Shown: piece by piece, positions 50,510 to 64,000 of the stretch
Position numbering within the stretch: the stretch's first letter is position 1
Layout: the number at the start of each line of letters is the position of its first letter
Assembly (NCBI GenBank): GCA_047967505.1
Contig: CM106538.1
Strand: one strand, 5' to 3'
Source of the DNA: Dipteris shenzhenensis
Lineage: Eukaryota
Length of the DNA stretch: 64,000 nt
The notes under the pieces: model-generated
Database searches by the model: none
The model's input: the letters and a program-made list of their open reading frames with translations, nothing else
Told to the model about the DNA's origin: nothing
Position numbers and translations under genes: made by a program

Positions 50510-53440
50510 CTAAAGTTGATCCTTCTCGAGTGCCTTGGTGAAGATATCTGCTCCATTTTGCTCTATTGGATAGTAGACCAATTCCACTATCCCGTCCTCG
50601 ATCAAACCATGCACATAGTGATACTGAATCTCTATATGTTTTGTGCGTGCATGAAACAATGGATTTTTACCAATGGCCATGCAACTTTGATTGTCGCACC
50701 TCAGCATAGTTGCCTCATCCTCTTGCACTCCCATGTGCCATAAGATCCTCCTCAGCCACACTACTTCACATGCAGCAAAACATGTTGCCTCTTATACTCA
50801 GTCTCGGTAGAAGACAATGCCACTATTGGTTGTTTCTTACTTATCCAGGACAAGATACTTGAACCTAAAGAGAAACAATATCTGGAAATTGATTTCCTGG
50901 AATCAACATCTCTAGCCCAATCTGAGTCACAATGACCAGCCAAGGAAGTGCCCATACCATAGGTGATGCCATAATCAAGAGTGCCCTTCACATACCTGAG
51001 CACCCACATCCCTGCATTCCAATGATTCTCCCGGGGCTTATTGGAGAACTTGCTTAAAACGCCAACAACAAAACTGATGTCCAGTCTAGTGTTGCACAGA
51101 TAGATGAGATTGCCGACCAACTTTCTGTACCTCCTGATGTCTACTGATGGTGAGGCATCCTCCATAGATAGCCTCGCATTTACCTCCATAGGTGTAGCTA
51201 TCTCCTTGCACTCGAACATACCAAATGCCTTTAAGATTTGCCTTGCATATTTCTGCTATGAGATGAAGATCTTGCCTGCAGACTTCAATCCCCAAACAGT
51301 AGTGCATCAAGCCTAGGTCTGTCATCTCAAACTCAGTGCTCAATGCCTTTTTAGTTGTCTTCATAGTCACATGCTCGTCACATGTAATAAGGAGATCATC
51401 CACATATAGAACAATAATAGCAGGTTTTCCACCTTTCTTGTACACATACAAGTTAGCATCTGAGGCACATCTTTTGAAGTTTAATGTATGAAAGAATTTG
51501 TCTAGCCATTGGTACCATACTCTTGGGGCCTGTTTCAGCCCATACAAAGCCTTTTTCAACTTGCATACCTTGTTCTCAAAATGGGGGGCCTCAAACACTG
51601 GTGGTTAAGCCACGTACACCTCCTCCTTGGGGTCACCATTCAAGAATACTGATTTAACATCCATTTGATAAATTGGCCACTTTTTATGAACAGCTACCGA
51701 TAGTACTAGTGGTCATTCTGGCAGTTGGAGTGAAAGATTACTGAAAAATCAAACCCTTCAATCCTTCAATCTGGCTTTGTACTTTTCCAAAGTCCCATCG
51801 GACTTGTACTTACCTTCCAAACCCACTTGGTGCCAAAAACCAATCTGTTGGGTGGTCAATCTACCAGCTCCCAAGTTTCATTCTTCATCATGCTGTCATA
51901 TTCTACTTGCATAGTGTTTTTCCAATCTTGGTCCGCAAGTGCTTCCTCCAAACTCGTAGGCTCCTTTACTTCTGCAATAATCTCAACCACCAATGCCATA
52001 TTTACTATGTGAGCAGAAGCCCTCCTTTGCTCCTCGATTCTCTGAGACCGCCTTGGTCCATCTGCATGCTGCTCAACAGACATAGGCATCTGGTTATCAT
52101 GGTCATAGAGCTGCCTTACCCATTGTGGCAATGGCCTTTCCGATGGTATAACAACAGGCTGGTGACTTATACCTTCATCATCTGATATTTCCTCCTCCTT
52201 TATAGCTCCTGGGACAAGTCCATAGTGAATTACCTCTTCGCTTGATGATAAAGTGGAAGAGCTCTTCTCTGCCTCCACTGCATGTGGCTACTCCGTGAAT
52301 ACCACATCGCCACTTGCTATGATCTTCTTTGCCCCTCGGTCATACAACTTAAAGGCTTTCTTCTCATCACAATAGCCTAAGAAGATACATTTGGTGCTTT
52401 TTGGTTGTAGCTTGTTTCTCTCTTTGTCTGGTACAGCATTCACACCCAAACATTCTGAAGTGGAAGATAGATGGCTTCTTACTGCTGTAAGCCTCGTGTG
52501 GTGTTTTGCCTTTGAGTGCTTTGTATAGCTACGATTAAGGATGTAAACCGTAGTATTGATAGCCTCAATCCAAAAGTGGTTTGGCAGTCCAACACCTTTC
52601 AACATACACCTCCCCATCTCCACGGTGGTCTGCATTCGGCATTCAAAAACAAAATTTTGTTGAGGTGTATGTGATGTCATCGTTTGTCGCTTGATCCCTT
52701 TGCTCTTGCAAAAATCTCCAAACTCTATAGAAGCAAACTCACCACCACCATCCGATCTAATTTTCTTCACTTTCCTCCCTATTTCATTTTCAACAAGCTG
52801 TAGCCATTCTTTCAATTTACCAAAAGCTTGAGCCTTTTCACAAAGAAAGTACACCCACATCTTCCTACTATAGTTGTCGATGATCAATAAAAAATAGGAA
52901 GATCCCCCCAAGGCCTGTGTAGGCATCTTACCGCACAAGTCAACATGCACCAACTCTAGAGGAGCGTTTGCTCTATTCTTGCTTTCTTTTGGTCCGAATG
53001 CCTTTCTCTGTTGCTTGCCCATCATGCAAGCTTCACACAGTTCTTTGATTTTTGCTATTGCAGGTAAGTGAGCAACCATACCTTGCTTCTGCATCTCCTT
53101 TAGCACTGCAAATTCGATGTGGCCGAATCTTTCGTGCCAAAGTCTGCTTGTGCCCACTCTAGCGATGGTTGTAAGAGCACTTAGCTCAAAGAGGTTGTTC
53201 CTCCTTACTCCTGTGTCAACTAGATTGTCAACACTATCCAAAATTTTTGCTCCTGTCTTGTTGAACCTCACCTCATGGTCAAGGTCAATTATGGAAGCAA
53301 CTCATAGCAAGTTTCTCTTGATTTGTGGAACATACAGCACATTACATAGTTTCTTAACATCTCCATTTATAGAAACAAATTGAACCGTACTTATACCCTC
53401 AATAGGGCATTTTGCATTATTTCCAACTGTCATGGTGATG
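50510..53440 (-). mobile_element. Ty1/copia pol remnant (GAG-pre-INT, INT, RT, RNase H), frameshifted and truncated
   Basis: [53 protein letters not shown]. Confidence 0.92.
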
Positions 53441-56400
53441 GGTTCCATGTGGGGAGACTCTTGACTTTCTCAATATTTTAAGAGTGTTGAGCATCTTTTG
53501 ATGGGACACATGGCAAGAGTATCCAAAAAGGACATGGATGGTGACATATGGGCTTATGTGATTGATGGGGAAAGGAATCTACAGGCAGCAATTATAAATG
53601 GGTGAAGGAGGATGACAAAATCTCTATAAAAGGAGCCCTCCTCTCCCTTGTTCCTTCCTTGTTCATCATCTCTTCCACCATTAGGCCTCATGTTGATGTA
53701 GTTCTAGTCTCCTCAAGCCTCTTCCATGAGCCTTCTCTCCCTCTTGTAGATATTCTCTTATGTAGACTCTTGAGTCCATCTCTCTCTAGTTTATTCTCTC
53801 TCTATGAGTAGTCTTGGAGCTTTTGCTCCCTCTTGTATGTATGAAACCTCTTCTTCTCCCTTGTGTTTGTAATATTTTGAGTGTATTTGAGTGGAGTCTT
53901 ACTCTCATGGCAATGAAAGTCACTTCTTATCATTTTCCTTGAGTCTCCATTCTTATGTTCTTTTCTCTCTCTATTCAAGTCTCTAAAGTAGTTCTTGTTC
54001 GGTTGCTCACTGTGCACACATGGTCCATCCATTTCCCGAACCACCATGCAAGATTCTTCCTCTCTTTTAGGCAAATTCTAGGGGTATTGGATCGTTGATA
54101 GTTGTGGAGCCTAGAGGGAGTAGTTTGCTTAAGCGAAATCTGCATGAGCAGATGGTAGTTAATATAGCAATTAGACCCCCTGTTAGTATTTGGCCTATAA
54201 CTTTCTCCTCGATGGTACGATTTCAATGAACTTATATCAGAGCAAACCTCTCTTTAAGATCTTCCCCCCATGTAATCAATTTCTTACATTGGGTCCAGCA
54301 CAACAAGTTATGAGTCTCTGTGTATGACTATTTATTTCTATGGCAGTTTTTACCCCCTTTCAATAAACTGTCCATATCTCTTCAACCAATTATTTGTTTT
54401 CAATGAAACTTATATCAGTGTGAAGCTCTCTTTAAGGTATCCCTCCCATGTAATTATTTTTTTTGAATTGGGTCCAAGACAAGAAGTTATGAGTCTTTGT
54501 GTATGACTATTTATTTCTATGGTAGTTTTTACCTCCTTTCAGTAAACTGTCCATATCTCTTCAACCGGTTATCTGTTTTCAACGAAACTTATATCAGTAC
54601 GAAGCTCACTTCAAGCACATCCTTGTATGTACTTTAATTTTTTTTAATGGAAGTTATAGAACTCTGTATTTTCTAGCAGTTTGTAGAATGATTTTGAGCC
54701 ATTTCTAGAGGTTTCTGTGAAGGAGGTGCCATGTTTCCGTGAAATTTACACATCCATCCAAATCAGCCCCTTCAAGCCCCTAGATATAGAATAGTTCATG
54801 TCATGTTGAGTCGAAAGATCTTTTTCCAACAAGGCATTGCTCTTCTCTTTGGTGCCAACCGGCTTGGTGAGATAATGGCCTCTATGGATCCTTTTCTTCT
54901 CTCGATGCTGGACTACAACGTCACTTGGGATGTTACCATATTCATTCTCCTCTAAGGGAAGCAAGGAGAAAGATATGTTGTGGTTTTCTTTGCATGAAAA
55001 TATTTTCTTCATCTCTCTTTGCAAGTGGTAAGGGTCTCTATTATTAAGATTGGGAAGAGCAGGAAGCTAAGAGGTGCATGAAGTTTCATTACCCCCAACT
55101 TCATGTCACATCTTTTGGTGGAGACGCCAGGTACGTTTGGTATTGGATTCATTCCACCTTACTAAACAGTCTCGAGTGTACTTGATTGTATGTTATGCCT
55201 AGTATAGGCATGTGTTTTTGATGTGATAAAGAAGATGCCTGGAAGAACTCCGTTAGAAGAGATTGCAACCCGTTTAAGAGAACTTGAAGATTGTGAAGGT
55301 GATGCTCAAGCTATTCGCACGGTCATTATGATCATATCCTTTATGTTTGCACTCTTGAATATGTTGGTCAATCGACAATGTTGTCAGCATGCATAATCAT
55401 AGATTGGGGATTGTTTCATGCACTTGCAGCTTAGTGTGAAGAAGAGTTGAGTCTTTGGGTAGTTTTTGACTATAACAGTAGAGTGGTGATTCTTAATGCT
55501 TTCAACTTCTTTTGCTATGCAAATGATGAAGAGTACAATATCTTGAAGCTATTATGTGCACTTCCAATTGTGAGAAGGGTGATTCTTGAATGCATGTATA
55601 CACAATGTTTTCATGGTGTTGGTTGCTCACTTATTTTTAAAGATTTTGTTGAGGATCACATTGTGGAGGGTTTTTAACAAGTGGTTAAGCATAATGAGTT
55701 GGTCTTGGTATACTAAGGCTCTATGGGATCTTGTTTGGAATATTAATTGGATCTTGGTGTTTCCTTTTTGTGTTTCATCATGGTGAAGGTTCCAGTGTTT
55801 CGAGGGACCCAAAGGGAAGACCTGGAGTCTTATCTTCGGGATTTTGTTCGAGGATGCCGGCTTTTTGGATCGTCCATGAAGGATCGGGAAGAGATTTTGC
55901 TTGATTTTCTTGAAGGTGTAGCCTTGAGTTGGCATGAGGCCTTGCCAGACTCTACCAAGGAGGACTGGGACTAAGTGGTGGTAGCAATGAAGCAGAGATC
56001 TGGGGTAGTGGAGTCGCCAAATGCCTTGATATTGCAGTTGGACCGGTTCTATCAAGGAGAGGGTGAGATGGTCTCTACATTGGCAATCCGATATGAAACT
56101 TTATGGACAAAGTATGAAAGGGAAGCTTTGTGATCTGTGGCATCTGCATCATCGGCCCCTCAAAGTCTCTCAGGGATGGAGCACTTAAAGATCAGCAAAT
56201 TTGTTATGGCTTTAGAGCCTCGTCTTTGCACAAAAGTAATGAGTAAAGATCCAACAACATACATGGAGGCACTTCGCATTGTGACCAAGAAAGAAGCTTC
56301 TCTAATGATCGAATCCTCTTTTGTGTCTTCAACAGCTTGAACTTCTAAGGTGGAGGTAATGGGGGCACTCCTCAGGTACCAAAGTCCTTTGAGTTAGATC

Positions 56401-58570
56401 ATAATATCTCCCAATTGATGGCAGAGTTTGCTGATTTGAAATTGCATTTGGTTAATGCACGACAACCTAGAGCACCAAAGAGTGAAGATAGGCCTCGAGA
56501 TAAGAGTGGGGTCACTTGCTATGAATGTAATGAAAAAGGTCACTATCACGCCGAGTGTCCTAGATTGAGAAAGAAAGAAGAAAAAAAAGTATTTTTGTTA
56601 GAAGCTTCTTCAGGGGATGAGGAAAGAGAGGTAATGATGGCTAAACAGGGGCGTGGTAAAGCAAAAGAAGAGGAAGAAAGCAAGAAAGAAGTAGATGAGG
56701 AACATCAGGAAGAGAAACACCGTATTAAGAAAAAGAAGGCATCTAGAAGGAGAATTAGCTAGTCAGACTTTCCTTTAGGACAAGGCATTCGAAGCTATGA
56801 CTTGTTGTCCGACCTTAAAGAGAAGGAAGTTCATATCACCTTTGGTCAATTACTTGCTTTGTCTCCAAAACTACAGAAGGAATGGGGAAAGCTAGCAAGC
56901 ACAAGAGTGTCAAAGAAAAAAAAGAAGAAAAGTGCCATTCCTATTGTTAAAAATGTAGATATAGATGTTGGTGTGATGATGTACATGTGGTTGATGTGAT
57001 CATTGATGGTTAAGTGATTTCTAATGTTTACATTGATGGAGGTGCATCGATTAATGTCATGAGTGAGAAGACCATGATAGACGCTGATTTAAAATACTCT
57101 AGTACTACCTCTCCTTATCGCATCAAATTGGCTATGTAGTCAATTTGATTTTCACAAGTTTGTTCATATAAACAAAAGAGAAAATCAAAGGCAGAAGAGT
57201 TAGCTACTCAAGCCATTGTAGTACAAGACCGGGGGATCCACTAGGGTTTATCGTATGGTACCACGTGAGTGTAAGGGAGGGGGGTTATATAAGGGAAAGA
57301 AGGTACATTTTATAAGGTAAGGTCCCGTAAATAGGGAGTAGATAAGGGGAATTTTCATATATTTATTGCATGCAGGTGACGTTTTCTTATTACTACTAGT
57401 GAATCCCCTGTGAGTACAAGACCAGGGGGTGGTTTCTTGGGTAGACACTGGACGGCCAGAACTACAAGATGTTCAGAAATCTGTGGAAGAAGGCATGTTT
57501 CCTCGAGGGTTAACTCCACAACAGAAGTAGAGATTGGTTACTTTTGGCCATGCCTCCATAAGGATGTATATGAATATCACCCAATGGAGCCTATTAGCTT
57601 GAGGATGTTGATGGCATGGTGATACTCGGATGCACCAATATTGCCTTAAATTCTTCTATGATCGACCACCTTGAGCTCCAGCAGACCCTCTTTGTCACTA
57701 GAGAGGATCTGCTGGGGGGGAAAGATGTGATGCTAAAAATTGATATTTTTATTTTGGCATTGGTATTGTTTTTCTCTATGTTTGATAAGAGTTTGAGTAT
57801 CAAGTGATAGCCTAGAGGCTCTCACTTATTTCTATTTTCTAAGATATTTTATGGGATTGAGAGGATGAGTGGAATGGATCATTGTAAATACCATAGGTAT
57901 GAATTATAAATACCTTGGTATGGGGTGAGAGTTATTTGTGTATGGGATATCATGGGGTTTTTAGAAAATAAGAAGAGTGAGTCATATAAAGAGGTGGGCT
58001 CATGTCCATGTGTTTTAATAATATAAGAGAGATGACATGCCAAGCGGTGAAAGGCATGTGGAGGAGTGTGGAGTCAAGAGGAATCCTTCTAGAATTCCCA
58101 TGTGGAATAAGGAGGATGTGGACATATGGAAAAGAGAGGGTCCCTAAAGGCTCCATGTGCGGAGACTCTTGACTTTCTCAATATTTTAAGAGTCTTAGCA
58201 TCTTTTGATGGGACACATGGCAAGATTAGCCAAAAAGGACATGGATGGTGACATACGGGCTTATGCGATTGATGGGGAAAGGAATCTATGGGCAGCAATT
58301 GTAAATGGGTGAAGGAGGGTGACAAAATCTCTATAAAAGGAGCCCTCCTCTCCCTTGTTCATCATCTCTTCCACCATTAGGCCTCATGTTGCTGTAGTTC
58401 TAGTCTTCTCAAGCCTCTTCCATGAGCCTTCTCTCCCTCTTGTAGATATTCTCTTATGTAGACTCTTGAGTCCATCTCTCTCTAGTTTATTCTCTCTCTA
58501 TGAGTAGTCTTGGAGCTTTTGCTCCCTCTTGTATGTATGAAACCTCTTCTTCTCCCTTGTGTTTGTGTTT
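53441..58570 (+). mobile_element. Deleted Ty3/gypsy element: 5' LTR (truncated) to ~55112, tRNA-Ala-type PBS, gag-PR, INT scraps, 3' LTR from ~57725 (truncated)
   Basis: 53441-53870 is repeated at 58150-58570; PBS TGGTGGAGACGCCAGG at 55116; gag VPVFRG..EDLESYL...LEGVALSW, CYECNEKGHYHAECP, PR VYIDGGASINVM, GYFWP; PPT GGGGGGGAAAGA at ~57713. Confidence 0.85.
54221..54640. repeat. ~178-bp tandem repeat (~2.3 copies) inside the gypsy LTR
   Basis: tttcaatgaaacttatatcag starts at ~54221, 54398 and 54577. Confidence 0.8.
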
Positions 58571-58639
58571 GCAACCTTGGAATTTTATTCCTTGTGATTT
58601 AATCAAGAGTTATGTATTATGTGTCTCAACAAGAAAGAA

Positions 58640-60711
58640 GGAGAAAATCGCTCAGGTGGTCTACCTACCCTTGTAGACCTTCTAAGTGCACTTGAAGGAA
58701 TTCAAGGTCCTTGTTGTTGCTGCTGTTGTTGTACATTCTCATTTTCTGCAACCGTGGAATTTCATTTCCAGTGATTTCATCAAGAGTTAAGTATTCTATG
58801 TCTGCATTTTCTTTTTTCTTTTTTTGCAAGTGATATTTATACATAACTACTCCTATTGATTTTATTACTTCCATAATCCCACAGATGATAACCAAACTTA
58901 TTACCTCCATATTTAATAAAGATGCACTTCTTATATTTTGCCTCAAGCTTTGTTCTCAATTCCTTATTAACATGGACAAATGCTTCACAACTAAAAGCCT
59001 TCATAAAAGAATAGTTAACCTATTTACCTGGCTCTTCTACAATGCCACCATCTAAGGATTTTGAAGGCAATCTGTTTATCAAGGAAACCACTATATTCAT
59101 TGCTTCAGCCTCTAAAGCTATAAGGGCACCCCTGTGTGTAGTGTTATGCTCCTTGCATGCTCCATTATTGTTCTGTTCATCGTTTCTGACATAGGAGTTT
59201 ATTGTGGCATTCTTGGTCCAGTTTTCTCTCTACAAATTCCATTGTATGAACAGTAACTATCAAACTCTTTGCTGCAGTATTTACCTCCATTATCAGATCT
59301 AAGAGACTTTAACTTCTTTCATGCCTCATTCTCAGCCAAATCTTTCCATTTCTTAAAATTTTCAAAGACATCAAATTTCCTTTGAATGCAATAAACCCAA
59401 GTTTTTCTAGTTCATACTCAATAAAAGTAACAGAATAGTGAGACTTACCAAGAGATGATACATCAGAAGGACCCCATCCATCTGTAAGCACAAGCTTATC
59501 CTTTCTCTCTTCTTTTCTTTCCTAACTTTGAGAAATATGACTCTCTTCTATTTTCCATAAATACAGTTCTCACAGAAATCCAAATCAACCTACTTTAAAC
59601 TTGGCAACAACTTTCTTGAGTGAAGAACCTACATCCCCTTCTCACTCATGTGCCCAATCCTATGATGCCATAGAGCTGTATCTGCTCTTGTAGAAGCTAA
59701 ATCAATAGAGGAGTAAGCATTACCGGTACAAAAACACAATGTACCTTCCCATATTCTCAAGAGTCAAAGCATTACCTTATGTTTCACTTGTGCTTTCCTA
59801 TTGCATTTCCTCGATAAGGAGAGCACCAACAACATCATCAAACTTTAAAGTGTTTGACCCAAAAACAAAGTTACTCACAGCCCTTAACAAGCTATCCCAA
59901 CTTTCAGGCAAGGAGCACAAAATCAAGAGAGCTTGAACCTCATCATTAAAGTTTCCTCTTACAGACCTTACTTGGCTTGTATTTCTATTGAGTTGATTCA
60001 TATCATCAACTATAGACCCACCTTCTAACATCTTTAGATTGAATAGATGCTTCATAAGTCTTACCTTATTAGAAGTTGATCGTTTTTCATACAATGTCTT
60101 TAGTGTGCTCATCAAGTCCTTTGTTGTCTTCTATTCAAGAACGTTAAAAGCCGCTAACACTCCCAAACACAGTCATATTGTTACTAGCGCCTTTCTGTCA
60201 AGAAAATCCTAGTCTTCAGTTGACATACTTATTGGCTTCTTTGGAGTCCCACCTAATGGCAAGAAAAGTTAGTGTGATAACCACTCCCCCATCTTATGTA
60301 TAGTTTCTTTCAGGCAAGGAGCACAAAATCAAGAGAGCTTGAACCTCATCATTAAAGTTTCCTCTTACAGACCTTACTTGGCTTGTATTTGTATTGAGTT
60401 GATTCATATGATCAACTATAGACCCACCTTCTAACATCGTTAGATTGAATAGATGCTTCATAAGACTTACCTTATTAGAAGTTGATCGTTTTTCATACAA
60501 TGTCTTTAGTGTGCTCATCAAGTCCTTTGTTGTCTTCTATTCAAGAACGTTAAAAGCCGCTAACACTCCCAAACATAGTCATATTGTTACTAGCGCCTTT
60601 CTGTCAAGAAAATCCTAGTCTTCAACTGACATACTTATTGGTTTCTTTGGAGTCCCACCTAATGGCAAGAAAAGTTAGTGTGATAACCACTCCCCTATCT
60701 TATGTATAGTT
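58640..60711 (-). mobile_element. Old Ty1/copia remnant (gag and INT) with a 406-bp tandem duplication
   Basis: LKTLYEKRSTSNKV.LMKHLFNL...LLILCSLPESW gag; LWHHRIGHMSEKG, DGWGPS; 59901-60306 is repeated at 60307-60711. Confidence 0.85.
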
Positions 60712-61010
60712 TATATTCTTTTCCAAAATATCCTAGATAGCCCGAGTGCCCAAGCGAGACACCCATAAAGGATGATTGTGTGTACAAACATGGTGTATAG
60801 AAACTCTTTCATTTCCCAATTCCACATATGCACCTTCTTGCATTTGTTTTGGATGCTATATAGGGCTTTCAAACCCCCCATAATCCTTCTTTCCATGCAT
60901 GCATTTCATTTGTGATTGTCCATGAAATTTAGTCCTTAACATTTAGTGCATTTGTACTACTCCACATATTTGATGTTCATGTAGCATAGCAAATATGCAA
61001 AGTGCAAGGT
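60711..61010 (-). mobile_element. LINE reverse-transcriptase C-terminal remnant
   Basis: RRIMGGLKALYSIQNKC...LYTMFVHTIILYGCLAWA, the LYGxExW region that follows LINE RT. Confidence 0.55.
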
Positions 61011-61824
61011 GCATTACTCCACATATTTCTTCATCTAATCTATCTTACCTATATACATGTGTTGTTTTGCTTAAGGAGTTTTCCCTTTCCCGTTTTAACT
61101 TGCATAATTCTCTAGATGCCATAAATTCTATCATGTATAAATCATGATATTCCCTAAGTACTCCAATGGAATGTGCCTCATTTCTCTATCATGTACGAAT
61201 CATGATATTCCCTAAGTACTCCAATGTAATGTGCCCCATCTTGTTATCTATCTATTGATAACAACATGCAATAAATTTGACACCTACAAATGACTTATGG
61301 GATGAAGAGTAGAACCAATTAACATATACTAGTGTGACTATTATGGCCACAAATTTTCCAAAGTTGGTGCACCTAGAAATATAAATTGATTCAATATTTT
61401 TGTCCTTTAGCTTATATTATTATAAAACCAAGAGTCTATCAAATTAGAATACAAGACTAAAGAGTCATGAGTAGAAGAACATATTTCCCATAGTGCATCT
61501 TGCTTGGGGACAATGGTAAATGCATGGTTAGGTGGCTTGGTTTTGTGTGATGTATCTCTTCCAAGTAACACTCTAAGGAAATTAAGAAAATATTTCTTCT
61601 TAGGAATGTATGCACCTAGCTAGGTCATAAGTTTTGCATGCTACATGTCTTAATATATTGGATCATTAGGTATGCATGCTAAACATTGGATGTGGGGTAA
61701 ATAGCTACTCTTAACTCATTGTGTTATATCAATTTGTTGCCTACTTGCTATATTTGAATTTTCAACTCTCTATGGATTCTCTTTAGCTATCTAGGCTTTT
61801 TTATTTGAAATTCTTTCCATCAGC

Positions 61825-62050
61825 CTATCCCTTAACAAAGATTTGTTATGGCCAATTTTCTCTATGCATGCCATGAGGGGTTCTTTTTCTTATCTTAACT
61901 ATGAGAGAGTAATCAACTCATACATGCCTTGGTGGCTATCCCTTAACAAAGATTTTGTATGGCCAATTTTCTGTGTGCATAGCATGAGTTTTCTCTTTTT
62001 TTTAGCTTAACTATGAGAGAATAATCAGCTCCTACATGCCTTGGTGTGGC
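61825..62050. repeat. ~111-bp tandem duplication (a ~59-bp duplication also lies at ~61125-61240)
   Basis: ctatcccttaacaaagattt...ctatgagaga...tacatgccttggtg at ~61825 and ~61936. Confidence 0.75.
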
Positions 62051-64000
62051 TATAATATCATATTTCTTTTCAACAAGGAATGCCTTGTAAATACTTCATT
62101 ATAAACTTAGGGGGTCTTCTCATAATAGATTTCTTTTATGTTAAATGCCTAGGAAGTTCACTAAGCAACATGTTAATATAGCTCCTGATTTCAACAAAGG
62201 TGTACAAACATAAAGGGTAGAATGGGTACTTAAAGCCTCCCCTTAGGGGTTTTTACATAGTGTATAATGGGTACTTAAAGACTCTTCTATTGAATGCATG
62301 TGATGTAGGGAGTTTTATGTATTGAATGCATAAGGCTTAAATTCCCATAAATGTGGTTTTTTAGTTTTCTTTTTTAATGTTAATCATGTTAAATAAGACC
62401 TTGCATATGATGATAGCCCGCTTTAAGTTGGATACTTGAGAAGCACACAACATCTCAATGGGATATGAATTATGATAGACCACTTTAGAGTTGAATACTT
62501 GAGGAGCACGCAAGGTCTTAGAGGGATATATACTCCCTTAGATAAATGATCATGATGTAGAGAATCCATTAAAATCAAATTATAAGTCAAGTTTTATCAT
62601 TTTAAATAGTAGGTGGCATTATTCTATATACACAAAATGGGAACTCAGTATTGTATAATCCCTAAGTTTTGCATTCATTCAATTGCCTACTATGTTAACC
62701 TATCTATCACTTGACGTAGTATCACACAAATTATTATCATAGGCAAGGATTCCCACACATGTAATCATATACCGTGTAAATCTACCTAAAATTTTTATAT
62801 CCATATCTGAAACCTCCATTAGCTATCAATTGATGGTGCTCAGGGGTTATTTATATATAAGGCTACCATTCATATACATTATTAAAACTTTGAAACTTCA
62901 TTTATCATAAAGTAAAGGTCCCACTAGGTCATTTCTTAGAGCTAGATTCCTTCATCTACCAAGGACACTAGAGAAACAAATAATATATTTGATATTAGCA
63001 TATCCCTTAATTCTTATATCAATAGAGCTTTCTTTGTCAATGGAGATCCAACCAAGTCATTTAAATATCATTGTAATGTGAAGGGGATAACTTTTACAAA
63101 TGATCTAAAGTGTATTATAAATGAAATGTGTGTTATTAAGAGATTATAAGTATAGACTTTATGTTATTTATTCCTACTTACACACCTAAGATAGGGTTAA
63201 GAATATAGGAGGATAGAGTTATGGAAGCATAGGACGTTGGATGAATTGTTTAGTAACATAGCTATGGAAGTGGAGGTCATTGGATGAGACTTTCCCTATT
63301 ATAGATCAAATATTAGCCCATGGCACTACCATTTTCAAGCCTTCAATGGGTGGAAGTCGACTTAAGCTTGTGCAAATAGATTTGAGTAAATGTAGGAATA
63401 AATATAGAGATTTGATGAGAAAGTGATGTTGATTACTAGATAAAATTTATCATATTTAAAGGTGTATTAAGTATTATCCCAGGCAACTTTGAGAAGCCTC
63501 TATATTCTCCATTGGTCTAATACTCGTCTAATATTTACCCCAATTTTCCTTGATCTAAGATTGATTAAAAGCCATAGTATTTTTCATTCCTTTGTAATTT
63601 TGCCTAAAAAATGGTCTAGGACTATGTAAACTCTCTTGCCCCCCTTCTAGTACAATATAACATAATACCAATGAATATATATAGATATAAAATAGGCTAT
63701 AATTTTTTCTTGTAGATATTGACTACCCACATACCTTATTATTCTTGATTAAACATAATCTCACATCATGAAGAAAGAGGGGAGATCATTATTTTTTCAT
63801 GAACTTATTTCCTCCATCTACTATTGTGAAAGGGGATTATGGACATGATATGCTACAATTTCTAATACATAGTTTCAATCTTGTACCAAATGGCATTTTG
63901 CGGTGGTCTTAGAACATTCAAGAAGGATTCACTCGAAAATTACTTGTTAATAAATAGATACAAAGTTTCCCAAAATTAAATTTATTTTAGAATTTCTTAA

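Noticed and set aside
62100-64000. AT-rich tail of the window
   Set aside because: No ORF or motif I can support; probably very old TE debris.

Overview
Eukaryotic, land-plant, transposon-dominated window; the TE families, GT-AG introns and heavy C->T decay suggest a large-genome plant such as a fern (inference). One host gene is visible: the 5' exons of the mitochondrial branched-chain 2-oxoacid dehydrogenase E2 (BCE2/DBT, minus strand, 4211->2841), whose later exons are not in the window. The rest is nested TEs: two CACTA ends with a decayed Tnp2, a ~6.7-kb ~180-bp satellite with a ~2.3-kb higher-order repeat, a young but internally deleted Ty1/copia (27216-32270, LTRs differ at 2/298 nt, TSD TGACA), gag-only copia elements, two deleted Ty3/gypsy elements, and hAT and LINE remnants. 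The most unusual part is 17.3-25.3 kb. A decayed, intron-containing transposase with RAG1/Transib-type motifs lies ~450 bp upstream of a co-oriented, intronless, highly divergent histone H3-like (CENH3-like) gene. That gene reads as one 255-codon frame once a copia insertion is removed. A decayed protein kinase and RING finger lie at 35.9-38.3 kb. All calls come from reading motifs by eye; no searches were run.
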